A DNA stretch of 64,000 bases, from assembly GCA_964443495.1 (NCBI GenBank), contig CAYUCS010000001.1:277496-341495 (forward strand). Direction: 5' to 3'. The notes below the pieces were generated by a model that saw only the letters and a list, made by a program, of their open reading frames with translations, was not told the DNA's origin and did not search any database. The position numbers were made by a program, and so were the translations under genes. Below, in pieces: positions 62,629 to 64,000 of this stretch (position 1 is its first letter; each line of letters opens with the position of its first letter). The DNA comes from an uncultured Gammaproteobacteria bacterium (lineage in GTDB: Bacteria; Patescibacteriota; Patescibacteriia; Patescibacteriales; GWE2-39-37).

Positions 62629-63981
62629 TTATATTGCGGGGGGAAGCTTGAAAGAAAAGGTCGAACCACGCCCGGGTTCCGAATCGACCCAGATCTTGCC
62701 GTTCATCCTTTCGATCAGCTCCTTGGTTATGAAGAGGCCTAGGCCCGTGCCAGCGACATTGCAGGCTGAGCCGCTGCAACGGAAAAATTTTTGGAACAGG
62801 TTTTTCTGGTCGCTGTCGCTTATGCCGATGCCGTCGTCGGCGACGTGAGTGACTACGGCGCCGTTGCGCATCTCGTGGCTAATGATGACGTTACCCCCTT
62901 GCTTGCCGTATTTGATGGCATTGGTGATCAGGTTGGAGGCTATTTCCCTGAGTTTGTCTTCATTGGCAAGGACTTCAGGAATGTGTTCGTTTGGCAGGTA
63001 TTCGATCTTTATCTTCTGCCCCTTGGCCAATTGGGAATATCTTGCTATTTCGTCCCTGATAATCGGGGAAAGCGTAATCGGCTTAACGGCAACGCTGGTG
63101 CGCCCTGATTCCGTTCGGGCAATCTCCAGCAAGTCGTTGATCAGAACGATGAGCCGTTCGTTCGAGTCATAAATCTTTTCGACATAGGGCATGATCTTCT
63201 TGCATGACGCGTCGGCTGACGTGTTAAGAAGATCGACGTAGCCTTTGATAACGGTGGCTGGAGCACGCAGTTCGTGCGCCGCCATGAAGACGAATTCGTC
63301 CTTGAGCTTGGCGATGCGTTCAGCCGATTCGAGCTCTTTCTTGTGGGATTCTTCAAGGCGTGAAGAAGTGGACTTGAAGCTCCAGTATTCGCCAAGGAAC
63401 AGGGAAAGGAAGGTGAAGAGTATCAAGGCCAGGCTGTAGCTGTTGTATTTGTTTATTTTCAGGAGCAGTTCGTTGAGATCATAGTACAGCTCAATAACGC
63501 CGACTTGGTGTCCGTCGATGAATATCGGGGTGTAAATCTCAAGATACTTGTCGAAGCCTTGTTCGTAAGCATTTTCTATTTCTGCTGATTCTTTGACGAT
63601 AGTTGACTGCTGACCCGACAGGGCTTCGTTCAGCTGTGGGTTCTGGTAATTCTTACCGATCAATCTGGGCTCGTCAGAATAAATTATCTTGCCGGACTTG
63701 TTGTAGACTTTGATTCTCGTCACGCCGTCGAGATCGATCATTTGGTAAAGCATCGTAAAGGTTCTGGCGGTTTCATCCGGGTTCGGATTGGTGAAATCTT
63801 CCGGCTTCAATGAAAGCGTGGCATGCTTCGCCGTTATGGCGGAAAGCTCGTAGCTCTTTTCTTCGATCAAGATATTCTCGATATTGGTGCGCAGGGTCAG
63901 GTAGAGGCAGACGCCGACGACAATAAGCACGGCTATGGTGAATAGCAGAAAACGCTCCTCGATTTTAAGAGTGAGTCTCAT
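62629..63981 (-). CDS. Sensor histidine kinase (two TMs flanking an extracytoplasmic sensor domain)
   Basis: H-box FMAAHELRAPATVI, N-box LITNAIKYG, G-boxes DDGIGI and GTGLGLFITKEL. No response regulator is present inside the window. Confidence 0.88.
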   Translation of the reverse strand: MRLTLKIEERFLLFTIAVLIVVGVCLYLTLRTNIENILIEEKSYELSAITAKHATLSLKPEDFTNPNPDETARTFTMLYQMIDLDGVTRIKVYNKSGKIIYSDEPRLIGKNYQNPQLNEALSGQQSTIVKESAEIENAYEQGFDKYLEIYTPIFIDGHQVGVIELYYDLNELLLKINKYNSYSLALILFTFLSLFLGEYWSFKSTSSRLEESHKKELESAERIAKLKDEFVFMAAHELRAPATVIKGYVDLLNTSADASCKKIMPYVEKIYDSNERLIVLINDLLEIARTESGRTSVAVKPITLSPIIRDEIARYSQLAKGQKIKIEYLPNEHIPEVLANEDKLREIASNLITNAIKYGKQGGNVIISHEMRNGAVVTHVADDGIGISDSDQKNLFQKFFRCSGSACNVAGTGLGLFITKELIERMNGKIWVDSEPGRGSTFSFKLPPAI

Positions 63982-64000
63982 TACTATATTATGCCATTAT

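Noticed and set aside
1-64000. Searched for CRISPR arrays, transposases, integrases, reverse transcriptase/DGR elements, tRNA/rRNA genes, and UGA recoding
   Set aside because: I saw no regularly spaced direct repeats of 25-40 nt, no DDE, tyrosine-recombinase or RT motifs in any ORF, and no cloverleaf-like sequence in the intergenic spacers. Genes terminate normally at TGA, TAA and TAG (for example hsp20 at TGA), so there is no sign of stop-codon reassignment.

Overview
The 64-kb window is protein-coding throughout, with one clear cis-regulatory RNA (a T-box leader). I found no rRNA, tRNA, CRISPR array, transposase, integrase or reverse transcriptase. The left half (1 to ~30.8 kb) is a single co-directional cell-surface locus. 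Two secreted proteins end in tandem dockerin-type repeats (1-1725 and 26614-27882). Three membrane-anchored proteins open with a cohesin-like domain (2386-4218, 27947-28972, 28991-30784). A 4420-aa mosaic giant protein (4557-17819) is built from at least four internally repeated module families. A 580-aa protein (22851-24593) is a stand-alone copy of the giant protein's last ~520 aa. Between them sits an operon with a 4xFN3 membrane protein, a MacB/FtsX-type ABC transporter whose ATPase carries an unexplained ~215-aa C-terminal extension, and a small membrane protein. An Hsp20 gene is also embedded in the locus. No glycoside hydrolase or CBM is recognisable, so I read this as a non-cellulolytic cohesin-dockerin surface-display or attachment system. 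That is the main candidate for something new, and it rests on motif reading, not on profile searches. The right half is mostly housekeeping: GT4 glycosyltransferase, alpha/beta hydrolase, DedA, HI0933-type flavoprotein, RsuA/RluB-type pseudouridine synthase and TruB, PspC plus a LiaF-like protein, an LRR lipoprotein, gdhA, trxA, a CsoR-family repressor with its operator, purE, purC, a methyltransferase, a cupredoxin lipoprotein, rlmH, typA, a FabK/NMO-like flavoenzyme, dnaE, T-box-controlled thrS, miaB, miaA, gatB and a sensor histidine kinase. Promoters are often of the extended -10 type (TGnTATAAT) and most genes lack a Shine-Dalgarno sequence. Together with the giant surface protein this looks like an uncultivated monoderm-like lineage such as Patescibacteria/CPR, but taxonomy cannot be established from this window. 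All domain calls come from reading motifs by eye, and no database search was run.
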